Source: Lama guanicoe (lineage: Eukaryota). Taken from it: a DNA stretch of 53,261 nucleotides. The notes below the pieces were generated by a model. The model worked only from the letters and a program-made list of their open reading frames with translations. It was not told where the DNA came from and did not search any database. The position numbers and the translations under genes are program-made. Position 1 is the stretch's first letter. Each line of letters begins with the position of its first letter. Of this stretch, positions 37,030 to 49,950 are shown piece after piece. Where the stretch lies: the NCBI GenBank assembly GCA_013239625.1, contig MU053934.1:403241-456501 (forward strand), in the 5' to 3' direction.

Positions 37030-38852
37030 TTGTTTTAAGGGGTTGGGAGGGTGGTGGGTAGAGAGATACTGAGAACTTGACAAAGGCAATGAAGTTGAAG
37101 GTTAGCTTTTGGATCACCTCCCTCTGGCCTAGCAGGTCCCTCTAGCCAATGAGGCCAGCACAGGGAGGGGGTCCCATCAGGCTGGTCCTCCCAAACATCC
37201 ATCCCTCCATTCCTCTCTTGGATTCCTCCAGCAAAGCCACTGCCGCTGCACAGAACAGGGGCTCCTGTGCACCCTGCCTTGGAATCTCTTCAGTAAGAAT
37301 GAGGGTACCTTCCTAGCTCTAGAAGCTGCATTAGAGCCGGTGAGGCAGCAGATCCAGGAATCCTCACCTCGCGAGGGCCCCAGTTGACTGTGCAGCCCTG
37401 GCAGTTACACGAAACACCCTTTGGCTGGAGAGCAGAGTAAATTTGCTGTGGACGTTATCAAAAGAAAATAAACACGGAAACCCCACAAGGGCTCCGTGCA
37501 ATTGCTTTGCAAAGTCCCGCCACGTGGTGTTAGCAGATGCGGGGGCAGCTGCCACTGCAAGATGTTAATCCAGCTGACATTTTGAGGGAGGAGAAGGCAG
37601 AGGAGAGGTTGCTGGTCAGGAAGAGTGGCTTCACCCTTTTCTAAAAGATGGGAGGAAGCAGGGGAAATTAAAAATAGATTTGTTGTCGCCCTAACACGAC
37701 AAGCCACGTGCACATCTTTGATCAGAGGGAACCGGTGTGGCTGAGTACCGGACGCAGTGGTACCAGTGGGCTCATTTCTCACCAGCAAATATCGACTGTG
37801 CAGGGAGAAAGCCAGTGCCCAAGGCTGGACGATGGCTCTTCACAGGCCCGGAGGAGGCAAGTCAGCAAGCATAAGGCTGCCTCTCGGCTCATGTCCACAC
37901 ATCTCCGTACACACTCAGACACACAAACTGGCCAAGCTCCATTAATCTCTCCTAAGTTTCCCAATGGGTCCTGGCCCATCCTGGCTGATTCTAACAAGCA
38001 TTTGCAAAGGCCATGACTCTTGTCAGCAATTAGCCTCCAACCCGGGCCAGTCCCTTCGATGGTTCTAACACAGATACAGTGGGAGACCCCTAAGAAATTA
38101 GGGAGAGCCACGGCCTGGGATGGGGGTGCCCTGCTCTTCTCCAAGCAGCTCCAAGAACCCTGGGGGGAAGCAAGACTCTTCTTCCCTTTGCACCCAGAGT
38201 TCTTCTCTTCAAAGTGAGGCGTGTTACAGTTTCCGTAACATACCTTCGGAGGCAAGCTTCTCTCTTGTTATTTCAATAATTCATTCCAGAAAATAAAATG
38301 CTCTTGTGCCAAAAAGCAAACGGGGAGCCCATTCTCCATGCATTTTTAGTGGGAAAAGTTATAATTAAAATTATAAATTAAAATTGTAATTAAAACTTCA
38401 CAATGCATTCTATGCAAACCAACTCCCTCCTCCCAATTTCCTAAAATGAAATAAAGACACCTTAACATAAAACACCTGTATGGAAGTGAGAAATCCTGAG
38501 GATGTAAACTGCTTAAAACGTGGCTTCCTGACCAGAATGCTTGTCATGTGGCTGTCGGCGTCCACACGCTGTGCGTGAGGCCACGTGGCCGTTCTCAGTG
38601 CTGGCAACATCCCAGTGTCACATTCTCGTCCTGTTGAGGCTGGGAAGCTTCTCAAAATGTCTATAGATGATTCTGACTTTCTACCAATTGTATCTGGTCT
38701 GTAACTTAATACTTGTGGTAATACATTATTTTATTTAAAATATTACCTTGCTTTTTGCAAATAAAAATTTCCCCTATGTAAATATCACCCCCAGAATGTG
38801 CTGTTGAGATACATATTTTCCATAAAGTTTGGATATTAAAATAAGAAAAAGA

Positions 38853-39322
38853 GGTAGCAGCATTATCCACAATCTTCCGAAGGTGGAAAAGCCCAAATAT
38901 TCAACCAAAGATGACCAGGTAGACAAAATGCGGTACATACTCACAATGGGATGTTAGCCTTAAACAGGAAGGAAATTTCGACACACACTACAACATGGAT
39001 GAACCTTAAAGACATCTCCCAGGTAAAGGAAACTGGACACAAAGGCACAAATATCATGATTCTACATATGCGAGGTACTTAAAATAGGCAAATTTATGGA
39101 ACTAAAGTGGAACTGAGGTTACCGGGGCTGGGGGAAGGGAAATGAGAAGTTACGGGTTAATGGGTACAGAGTTCTACTTGAGGTGATGAGACAGTTCTGG
39201 AAATGAATAGCGGTCACAGTCACACAACACTGTAAATGCACTTAATGCCATGGAAGTGGACACTTCAAAATGGTCAGGGACGTAAATTTTACGCTATGTA
39301 TATTTTAAGACAGTTAAACAAA
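38853..39322 (+). mobile_element. Older LINE-1 3' end (L1MB-like)
   Basis: tagcagcattatccacaat..acaacatggatgaacctt..aataggcaaatt..aatgggtacagagtt..gttctggaaatg..acacttcaaaatgg. Confidence 0.85.
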
Positions 39323-40369
39323 AGGCACTCTGCTAGGAAAACCTCAACCAGGAAGCATGCTGTAGGTTGTGTGTTACCAGCATCCGGGTCTAGAGAATTT
39401 AGGAATGGGGTTTTCTAGGTGATGTAGCAGCTTGTTCAATGGCACATGGAATCAGAAAAGAGTGCTAATTGGTGAGATAAGATAAGGTTTTTAAGAAATG
39501 TGGACCTGCTCAAGTATTTTAAAGAGTCTCTCCTCCTTTCCTTAAACAGACTGGAAATCTAGAGCAACTGGAATTGCTTTCCTGAGTGATACCATCCCAG
39601 GGGTGATCCCTGAGCAGTCTTGTTTCCAGTCTCTTGTTTGGAAAGACCTCTTTCTGTTTGCCGGACGTCAGCTACTAGGCTGAGACCCATGGTCCCTATG
39701 GTAACACCGTGCTTGCCTCTTGCGAGTCTGTCTGTAAGGTGGTGGACGGAGCATAAGGACAGAGGGCAAAGACACTAATATTTTTAAGATTGCTTGAATC
39801 ACTCAATGCCTACTGACTAATGCATGCAGTGAGGGTGTAGTGGGGAAAGCTAGCCCAATTTCACCTCAAACGTTTTGGCCACTACTGTTACCTATAAAAT
39901 CACCTAAGATTTTTGCATGACTAAATTGACTCAGGTAAATTCATACACAAAAAGATACAGGATTAGGTAGTTCCCTTGGTCCCTTCCAATGATAAAAGTT
40001 CATACTTAACGTTCTCTCTGAAATGGCTAGCTGTAGTCTTTGCATGGCTGGCACTGACTCTGGGGTGGAGAGGCAGGGACAAGGACTCAGAGACATCAGA
40101 GTTTGGGACTGTCATTCAAGAGTAAGAAGAGTACATTAAGTCCTTACTGGGCATCTCCTGTGGATGGATGCTATATCCAGACTTTCTCTCTAATCTCAAC
40201 TATTTGAGTCATCTAAATTTTTCAGTCCTTTGTGCTCTATATCCAATCTAGAAAAAAATAACCTTGTCCCATAGTGTAGTGCCCGGCAGCTGGAGTGACT
40301 TTCTTAACAACAACAGCCACCTGGTGCAGGAGAGGAGGGAAAAACATATCCTTTTTTTTTTTTTTAAGA

Positions 40370-41550
40370 TTTTTTTCCTAGCATTTTCTTATGAAAGTTT
40401 TCAAACATACCATAAAGGTAAAAGAATCTTACAGTGAATACGTATATCCCCACACCCACTTTCCACCATTAACATCTTACCATACTTGCTGTATCATACC
40501 TACTATCCTTCTATCCATCTTTCAACCCATTTCTTTTCTAATTCATTTCAAAATAGCAAGTCAGTCATTAGCCCATTATTCTCTAGCCACCTTGGTATCC
40601 ACTGCATTAACTAGGGTTCAAAAGAGTTACATACATTGAAATACACAGACCAACCATGGGCGAGTTTTGACTAAAGTACACACCTGTATAACCCAAACCA
40701 CATTTTAAGATTCAGAACAGCTGAGGTGATGATGTAACTTAGCCAAGCCTCTTCCCACCCAGTCTCTGCCCACCCTCCCCATATACAACCACATTTTAAA
40801 TGCATTTTCATCATGAATTGGATGTTCCTGTGCCAGAACTTCGTTCATTAGGAATCAGAGTGTATCATCTTTTGGGTATGCATCTTTTGCAGTGTAACAT
40901 TTGCGCGATCCACCCACCTTGTTGCATGTTTCAGCTGTTTCTTTGTATTGCTCAGTGAGTGATACACTCATGGTATTCATATACCACAATTTATTTATCC
41001 ATCCTCTTACTGATGAACACCTGGGCTGTCTGCAGTTTTAGCACTGACTACAATTGGAAATGAAGAGTCAGAAGGTAGGTGTCTGTTTCTATAAGAAACT
41101 ATCAGGCTTCTTTTCAAAGCTGATGAACCATTTTTTCACTCCCACCAATAACGTGTGAGTTACAGCTGCACTGCATCCTTGCCAACATTTGATGTTGTCA
41201 GTCCTTTTAATTTTAGTCATTCTGGTGGGTTTGTGGTGGCGTCTCATCGTGGTTTTCCCTGCCTTTCTGTGGGGTCATCAAACATCTTTTTTTTTTTTTT
41301 TAGAATCCCATTGATTTGCTTATGGTGTTTTTCAAAGTATTTCTTTGTATGGCTTTTGGAGTAGTTGTTCTGAATATTGCATTCCATCTGCATAACTTAT
41401 CAGTGCCTACGGGGATGACATTTTACCAGTTTGAGTAAAATGCAGAGAGTTTTACCTCCCTTTGCATCCCTTTATCCTCTCCCATTTACAATAGGATTGT
41501 TTTAACTTTGCCTCTATATACACTGAAAGCCACATCAGATGCTTTCCGAA
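40370..41550 (-). mobile_element. Cluster of old L1M fragments (L1MC/MD/ME-like)
   Basis: ttttcaaacatac..aaagaatcttacagtgaa; caatttatttatccat..tgatgaacacctgggctg; cactcccaccaataa..catccttgccaacatttg..tttaattttagtcattctggtggg. Confidence 0.75.
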
Positions 41551-41569
41551 TGCCTTTACATCTTGGACA

Positions 41570-42040
41570 CCTACTGTGGAACTTAGTTTCCACCAGGCAG
41601 ACACCCCTGCAGCTGCAGACCACCAGCAGATGCAAAAAATGAACACCATGAAGGAGGGCAACTCTTTGCTCCCTCGACTCTCTTCTGGCAAGCGTGAGTA
41701 AGAGATGTGTGGTTTTTTTTGGGGGGGGGGCTTCTGCATAGATCCCTGAGTCCAGTCCTGAACTTCCTGAGTATGAATAAACTAGGGCGCCCATCGTGCC
41801 CTGACAGATCCCAGCAGACCAGGCATGGTCCTCATGGGCAGGGCTGTCCCAGTGGCTTCTTCACCGCAGTTTCCCTGGAGGTCTGGTTCTGGGTGGTTCC
41901 GAGAACTGCTCCTCGCAGCTCAGTTGAGAGCCTGTCCGTCTAGCTTCTCCTAGAATTCTGCAAGGTACCTAATAATGGTCATAAGTCCTTTTCTGTTTAA
42001 ACTCATGCATTCTCTTGTCCATGCCTGAACTCTAACAGGG
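41570..42040 (+). mobile_element. Ancient ERVL-type LTR remnant (family unresolved)
   Basis: 3' end resembles old LTR termini: aagtccttttctgtttaaact...ttctcttgt...gaactctaaca. Confidence 0.4.
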
Positions 42041-42573
42041 AGAGTCCCACGGCTAATTACTGGCAGACTGGGGTTCAAAACCCTGATCTCTGTTCTTTCT
42101 TCCACACCGCACTGCCAGAGTCTCTCTCTTGACAGTGTTCTTCAAAGGAGAGAGAGTTGAAAGTCTCATGTTCTATTTTGAGAACATGCACTGGGAATGA
42201 AATGTTTGTCTTTCCATGTCATTTTCTTTGCCCACCTTCCCACACCTGCCGTTATCCTTACCTGGGTTGGTTTAACCACCGCTTAGGAACAAGACACCGT
42301 GGGGACTTCCTAGAACGGTGACGGCAATGAGCACCTTTTACTGCTGTGCCTCATGACTGGAGCTGAATTAATCAAGACATGTGTTTCCTGAAAGATTAAA
42401 CTCACTCCAGTAAGGAGAGAAGGATGTAATCTGAAGTGGCTTCTCACACCCACCTGCAGACAAACCCTGAACCTGGAACCCCAAGATGTGTAAATCACAG
42501 GTACCTCCCAGCTTGGGCCATCGACCAAGACTTTTTGGAGCTTCCACTGCTCCAGCCCCACTGGCTTCCTTGC

Positions 42574-43330
42574 TGTGAAAAACATGTGTTTGGTCTTTGT
42601 CCCCAGTTCCTGGCACACGGCTCCTAAAACCCTTGGAATTCTGGAATGATGAGTGTCTCGTGTATGCTAATGAGATGAGTGGTGGCAGGGGACCCCTTGA
42701 AAGCTTCAGAGTGGGTATCGGTCACCAGAAAGACCAAGACATGATTAGAGGGCCGCAACTTTCAGTGCTACCCGACTCCTGACCTCCAGGGAGGGGAGAG
42801 GGGCTAGAGACTGAGTCAAGCACCAATGGCCAATGATTACGTCAACCATGCCTGTACAGTGAGAGCTCCATAAAACCCCCTAAGTGACAGGGTTAAGACA
42901 GCTTCCAGGTTGATGAACACACCCAGGTCCTGGGAGGAGCATGTGCAGAGAGGGTGCGTATGTCACCCCTGCCCCCTCCATACCTCGCCCTACGCATCTC
43001 TTCCATTCCGTGGTTCCTGAGTTGTATCTCTCAACAGTAAACCAGGGGCAGTAAGTCAGGCACTTTCCCGAGTTCCAGAGAAGGGGGCTGTGCAGACCCT
43101 CTGAATTTACCCCTTACTTGGTCAGGAGTACAGGTGACAACCTGGGACACGTGCCTGGAATCTGAAATTACAACAGTCTTGTGGAACTGAGCTCTTAACT
43201 TGCGGGGTCTGAACTAACTCCGAGGAGTTACTGCCAGAACAGAACTGAATTGTAAGATACCCAGTTGGAGCTCAGAGAGTAGGACAACCGGTGTGGAAAG
43301 AAACCCACGTGCATTTAAAAGTTGTCTAGG
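42574..43330 (+). mobile_element. MER21-like (ERVL) solo LTR inserted in an L2
   Basis: tggtctttgtccccagttcctggcacacggctcctaaaacccttggaatt..atgctaatgagatga..gtcaccagaaagaccaa..accaatggccaatgatt. 5-bp TSD cttgc (42569-42573, 43331-43335), and the flanks rejoin as L2 ctggcttccttgctgttcctc. Confidence 0.88.
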
Positions 43331-43539
43331 CTTGCTGTTCCTCAAATAAGAGAAGCATACTCCTGCCACAGGACCTTTGCACCTGCAATTTCTTCTGCTT
43401 GGAACCTGCATCCTTTTGTTATCTGAATGGTATGTACCCTCATTTCACTCTAGTGTTTACTCAAGAAGCCTTCCCTAATAACTGGCATATCCTGACTTAC
43501 TTTTCTTCTTATAGCATTTGTATAATTCAATCTTATATC

Positions 43540-43860
43540 CAGTCATCCCTTGGTATCTGTGGGGGATTGGCTCCAGGACCCTCTGTGAATACAAATCCAT
43601 CGATGCTCAAGTCCTTTAAATAAAACAGCACAGTGTTTGCATATAACCTATACACAGCCTCCTGTAATACCTTAAGTCACCTCTAGAGTACTTGTAACAG
43701 CCAGTGCAATGTAAATGCTATGTAAATAGTAACTAGCATGTGGCAAAATTCAAGTTTTGTTTTTGAAACTCTCTGGAATGTTTCTTCCCCTAGAATATTT
43801 TTGATCCACAGTTGGTTGAATCCATGGATGTGAAACCTGCAGATATTGGTGCCTGATCAT
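43540..43860 (+). mobile_element. MER2(B)-like TcMar-Tigger MITE
   Basis: cagtcatcccttggtatctgtgggggattggctccaggacc..gatgctcaagtcc..aatgtaaatgctatgtaaatagt..gttggttgaatccatggatgtgaaacc. Confidence 0.88.
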
Positions 43861-44994
43861 ACCTGCTTCTTAACTGACTCTCCCCCCAGGGGATGTTCCA
43901 CCTCAGTATTCCCAGTACCTAGAATGGTGACACATCTTAGGAGCTCAATAAATTTGAGGAGTGAACAAATATCACCTGCTGGCAAGGTCCTCATCCATAA
44001 AACTGAGGTCACGATGCTTCAGACAACGAATGTGCATATTAACTGAGATGGGTTATACGTAAAATCGTGACGGTGAAACATGCACCTAGTACTTGGTGGA
44101 CATTTAAAAAATTTTTAATGATTCCAGGACAAAATGTTTTTCACCTTCTAATATCTCTGAAGTCAAGTAGCCTCCGGCAGTTACTGGAGACCACAAAACA
44201 GTGATAACACAGCTACGCCGCCAGCACACTCAGAACAGGTGCACAACCGGTGTCAGTGGCTGCCAGGAAAATCCTGGAGACAATGGCAGGGGGATGGGGG
44301 GGAGGTCGCTCTTTCAACCCCATGCACCAAATGGTTGTGGGAAGGGGCAGGTGGAGAGTCAGATGTGTTGGCAGCATTCTCAAAAGAGGACCCAGGAGTA
44401 GGCTAGCAACACAGAGCTGCAACGTGGACACACGTGCCTTCTTCGCAGAATTCTCATAAGAAATTTGGTGCTCTCAGTGGTGTGGAGGACAGGACAATAT
44501 AGAACACACAGATGGCAATGACACCGAGAAGAAAGGGGATTCCAAAGACAGACCCAACGTGAAGAAGTTTTAGAAATACCTAAACCAACATGTTTGACCA
44601 CATTTTCCTTCATATGTAGGCACAGCAGTAAAATACGATAAAACCCATCCAATTAGGTCTAAAAGGGCTCTTTCAATAAGTATAAAAGATTCAAAGGGAT
44701 GAGAAAGCGTTGTGTCACAGCTTAATTAAAAGTGCTTTTAATTTCTTGGCTTTATAGAAAATAATGGTGCGTCTTGTAATTGGCAGCATCTAAGATTAGG
44801 TGATACAGGAAGTTTGTTTAAGAAAAAAATTGGGACCAAAATGCTAAGGCACTCTTAAACCCAAGTATTTCTCCACTGGTTCATTCATTGACTTAATTTC
44901 CCTGTATTTAACCCCCAAGTCTATTTTCAGACCTGATTTACATAGCAGATTCTTCTAGGGGAAAGAAAAAAAATCTGGGTGTTTCTCAAGGACC

Positions 44995-45170
44995 ACAATC
45001 CCTCGAAGGGTTGTCCTGGGACCAGGAGGATCAGTATCATTCAGAAACTTGTTAGAAATTCACACCTTTGGGCTCCCTGAGTCCTGAATCAGAAGTTGAG
45101 GGGAGAGGGAATTGTTACAACAAGCCCTCCGCTGATTTCGATGGACACTAGCGTTTAAGGAGCTCCGTTA
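44995..45170. mobile_element. MER5A-like hAT element
   Basis: gggaccagg..atcagtatcattcagaaacttgttagaaat..ctgaatcagaa..aacaagccctcc..tgatt. Confidence 0.7.
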
Positions 45171-45569
45171 TAGGAAAAACACTTCTGCCATATGCCATCA
45201 GCTGGATCGGTCAAGTTTAACTAAAACGTCCTGGGAATTCATCCTGTGCCAGGCACCATGCTGGGGGCCAAATGCTGCCCTGCAATCTAAGGAAGAGGCA
45301 CAGGTGCAAATGACTAAATAAAATACAAATTGGAATAAAATGCAGGCCAATGGAGGTGCCAATACCACGCTCCGTTCAGGGGATGGAAGACTGATTCTGA
45401 TTCAAGAGTCCTGGTGGGCTTCTCAGAGGAGGAGGCAATGGCGCTGGACCTTCTCGAGTGAGAAGGGTTTGCACAGATTTTCTAAGACAGAGGAGAGAGA
45501 TACTCATACTCAGGAACTAGGTCAGGCAGAGGGTACGAGTGGGTTCAGAGCCTGTCAGTCTAAAAGGTG

Positions 45570-46065
45570 TACTCTAAAATCTGATTCATTCAACATCCCC
45601 TCCCCACTCAAGTTCTCAGCAGAGTCCACTTGTGGCACAGACAGCCACGCTGCCACCCCACATCCATCTCCCTGCTTCCATTCAGAGGAGCCAAGCAGCC
45701 AGAGAATTAGCCTCTGGGGCAGCTAAGCGTGGCCGGGGGACTCCAGGAAGACCACTCAGAGGCAGTCTGCCCGCTGAGATGTGCGCCCACTCTGGCCTTC
45801 TCCCTGCTCCTTGTTGGCGGCTGGCCCCCAACAAAGACGTCGACGTCCAAGCGCCATACTGGATATTGAGAGCTTGGCTTAGAGCTGAAGATGGCAAGAC
45901 TGGAAGACAGTATTCTGGGATCTCATGACACCATTAAACTACTGCCCCACCCCAAACTGCCAACATGAGTTCATGGATGTGAGAGAGAGAAACTTCCCTT
46001 TGGTTAAACCACTGTTACTGGGGACCTGCTGTCATATACTATCCAGCCTAACTGTCACTGACACA
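45570..46065 (+). mobile_element. Old MLT1 (I/J-like) LTR
   Basis: gctgaagatggcaagactggaagacag..gatgtgagagagaaac..ttaaaccactgttactgggg..actgacaca. Confidence 0.65.
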
Positions 46066-47281
46066 CCATTCTCTTTCCATCAGCCTCCTCTGCATCTTCA
46101 GAACTCCGGTTCTTCCTCCTCTTGCTGAACAACTTTGCCCCCACGCCCCATTTTCCTCTCCACTGACTGCCCTTCTTCTTGAGAACATCACAGATCTGCC
46201 CAACCCTTTCGCCTGACGGTAAAATGAGGGCACCATTTCCAACCATCCTCACCCACACCCCCCAGAGCCTCTTTCTGCCTCCATTTCTTCATCTGTAAAA
46301 CTCAGATAATGGGACTTATATTTCACAGGGCAGTTTCATGAAGTCAAGGAGGCGAGAGAATTAAACAACTTGGAACAACGTTTGGTACGTAATACCCACT
46401 TAATAAACACTAGACATTAATCCTGGGACACCAAGACCTAGCATGCGCACAGACACACAGCGGGTACTCCACAAACGTTTACTGAATCGACTTGCAGTTT
46501 CTGGATTGACTTCTGTGCCTCAACCGTTTCTGGGCTCATGAGTCCACCACATCCACTCTTCACCACAGCCCAGCAAAAAGGCTAAATCCAACCCCCAACA
46601 GGGACATGATTGAGATGAGAGAACATTTTCTGCAGCCATCCCCGTCCTCAGAGCCTTGCCAAGAAATAGAAAAGCAAGCAATATAAATGTTAATAGGAAA
46701 TTGTCTATTCTCTTTCTCTTGGGCTAATCTACTGCAGCCCAATGAAGAGGGAATTAAGCAGCTGAAGGGACAGGAAAGCATGGGACCTTGACAGGCTGAA
46801 GCCCAAAGGACTTCACTTCCCAGGAGGAAATGCAATTTCAGGCCAACAAGGGTACGTGGAAACCAGGACAAAGGGCTTCTCCTTGGGATGTCTTCAAGAT
46901 GGGAGGCATGTTCCCTGAACATCCATCCACCAGTGTCTACAAAGTGCAGCCTTGGGTCTCCATGGTAGGGGTAAGAAGGCAATGACGATGCTGTCCCTGT
47001 CTGCAAGCACCACTGGGACAGGCAAACAGATAAACTGTATTATAATACGGTGGGCGAGAACACCACTCAGGGCACAGGGCCAAGATGCTAGGTAAGCAAG
47101 GAGGAGAGGCACATGGCCTCAGAGTAATGGGACAGGAGAGGGAGGGTGTCCAAGAATATCTTCTTACAGAGAAGACCCTGAGGCTGAGTTCTGAAGGGTA
47201 AGTAGGAGTCAGCCTGGCAAAGAAAGCACAAAAAGGCATCTCAGAGAGCAAGAATACAACGTACAGAAACCAGGGACCCAT

Positions 47282-47793
47282 TAGGGCAGGCTGAATAATA
47301 GTCCCTGAAGATGCCCAAGTGTTAATCCTGGAATTTGCAAATGTTACATTATATGACAAAAGGGACTTTGTAGGTACGATTCAGATCTTGAAATGGGGAG
47401 ATTATTCTGGATTATCTGGCTGGACCGGATAGAATCACAAAATCCCTATAAGAGAGATGCAGGGAGAGTCGGCATCAGGGAAAAAGCCATTGTGGTAATG
47501 AATGCAGAGACTGGAGAAAGAAAGACTCTTCATGGGTGGAGGAAGCAGCCACAAATCTCAAGGAATGTAGGAAACCATCTGCAGCTTAAAAAAAAAAAAA
47601 AAAAAAGGAAGGTAATGGATTTTTCTCCCCCCAGAGCTTCCGGAAGGAAACAGCCCTGCCAACACGTTGATATTAGCCTAAAGAGACTGATGTTGGACTT
47701 CTGACCTCCAGAAGTAGAAAAGAATAAATCTGTGCTATTTTAAGCCATGAAGTTTATGGTAATTTGTTATAGCAGCAACAAGAAACTGATACA
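47282..47793 (+). mobile_element. MLT1D-like MaLR solo LTR
   Basis: ggcaggctgaataat..aaaagggactttg..atggggagattattctggattatctgg..ggacttctgacctccagaa..aataaatctgtg..ttgttatagcagcaacaagaaactgataca. Confidence 0.88.
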
Positions 47794-49759
47794 CATACAC
47801 TGAGGTGCACCTTCAGGGATGTTAAAGAAAAATGTCAGAAAGATGAAACCAGCTGAGGAGGGAAGCCACGGACCAAATCAGCAAAGGACCTGGGTACCAG
47901 GCTGAATTTCCATGTTGCCCACCACATTCAGGTTGCTAAAGGAAATTAAGCAGAGACACGATATCTCAAGACTGCCTGTGCTGAAGCACTGAATCGCCAG
48001 TTTTTTAGATCTTAAATCTAAGGAATCACCACACGTCTAATTCTCCATTTTATTGGCTCTCATCTCATTTATCAGAGACTGGAACGACTTTATGAAAAGA
48101 AGGAATCACTGACTGGTAGATGTAACCACTATCCAGCCTTCCCAATGCTACTCAGATGTTTCCCAACACGCAGACCTGTTTGCAGAGCTGCCATCAGGGA
48201 TGCGCACACACGCGTGGACAGCGGACTGCATTGGAAACTGGGAGTTTTTTTCCCCAAATCCTAGCCAGATGATTATCTTATGTCTAAAAAGGCCACGTGC
48301 TCAAATAAATAACCTCCCTCCCTCACCCCAGCCTCTAGGAAAGGGGAAGGGGGCCAGCACACTGAGTGCTCACATGGGGCCAAAGGCTTTGTGAACACTA
48401 CCTTGTTGAATTTTCTGAGGAAGGACGATTGTCACTCTCCTGGCACACGCTAGGTGCCAGGGGACCCTTGAAACTCAGGCGACCGAGCTGCATTTCCTGA
48501 GCACAAGGCCCATCAGAGAGCAGGCAGGGCAGGCCGTCTATCTGCTCTGTGCCGCACACGTCTCTGCCGGGCGTCTGCACACCGGGCGGCCCTCACACGC
48601 ACAACCGCAGCCACCCCGCTCCCTGCCCTCCAGGCTCTCGACGTGCATCACATCGTCTCCACCCCGACACCCACCTCTTCAGGGCCGCTGCCAGTCATGC
48701 CCTTTTGCCGAATGTCACTTGCTGCCAAAGGAAACACCTAGGTGGCCTCTAAACAGCTACAGATCTGGACAAGCTGGCTTCGCTCTGGCACTGCCACCCA
48801 ATCCCTGAGGCCACGGGGCAGGCGCTGCAGAGGTTCCAAGAAGTGCCTTGGCTGTGGTCAAAGCAGGGGTACCCACAGGGAGCGCTGCCCAACGAACCGA
48901 AGAACCATTCCGAAACCCACTCGCCCTCTCGGGACGGCGGTTAGAATAGCGGGTCGTTGCCTCACACCGCCCCTCAACTCCCTTCCCGACGGGGCACCCC
49001 GCAAATCGAAAGCCGTATGCACTCCCCACGCATCTGACATTTGCACAGCCACGGGGGCTCTGTGATCTCAAAACACCCCAAGTGCCTGACAGCGCGGGGC
49101 ACACGCAGGGTCTTCCACCTGGGCTGTTGCAAACATCTCCGCTGTGACGCTCTGACTTGCCCTACGCTCCCCAGCTCCACCTTTCCTTTCAGCATCTCTA
49201 TCTGGGGACAGTACGTTCCTACGAAAAGAGGAGGACAGAGTTAAAGGGGAAGCACAAATTCTGGCTCTTGTGGTGGGCTGGCAGTTTTATCTCCAGGGAG
49301 AGCGACGACAGTGTGACCAGCAATTCAGATCCCACAGCCGCTGATGCAGCCCCGCCCCTTCCAGCACTGCACTGGGCACCTCCCTTCCCGCCCCCTCTTT
49401 TCAATGTCACCCAGTGCTCAGTGGGGCCCACTAGATTGATGCGGGACGTGAAGTCCTATAAAGGAAAATGACTGGCCCTGGGCAATATAGTTCTTTTGAG
49501 GCAGAGCTGGGAGAAGAATGTAAGTCCTGGCTTCTTTCAGTTCTGTTGCATCTGCTGAATTATTCAGATCTTCGAGCTCTTCCACACACCTGCAACGGCT
49601 TTCATTTATTAAAGGTAACCTCGGGCCAGGTTCTAGACTGGGTACTTTATCACAGACACTCCCACGTCCATCCAGGTCAACGAGGCAGTTGTCACGGTGG
49701 TGCTGCCGCTGACGGGGACCGCACCGACCTCCCGAATGCTAACACGTGTGCGGCATCGA

Positions 49760-49950
49760 GCAGAGAGCCCTTTACGTTCATCTATTATTTTAGCTCCCCA
49801 AATCCATGAGCGAGGCCCTAATTAGCCCAGTTTACAGATGAAAGGAGTGAAGCTCAGAAAAGTGACTTCCCTCAAGAGTTCCACAGATTAGAAATGGAAA
49901 AATACAGCTCTCAGTAAATGGATCTGAACACAGGGCGGTCTCCCAAACCC
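49760..49950. mobile_element. MIR SINE
   Basis: attagcccagtttacagatgaaaggagtgaagctcagaaaagtgacttccc. Confidence 0.7.
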
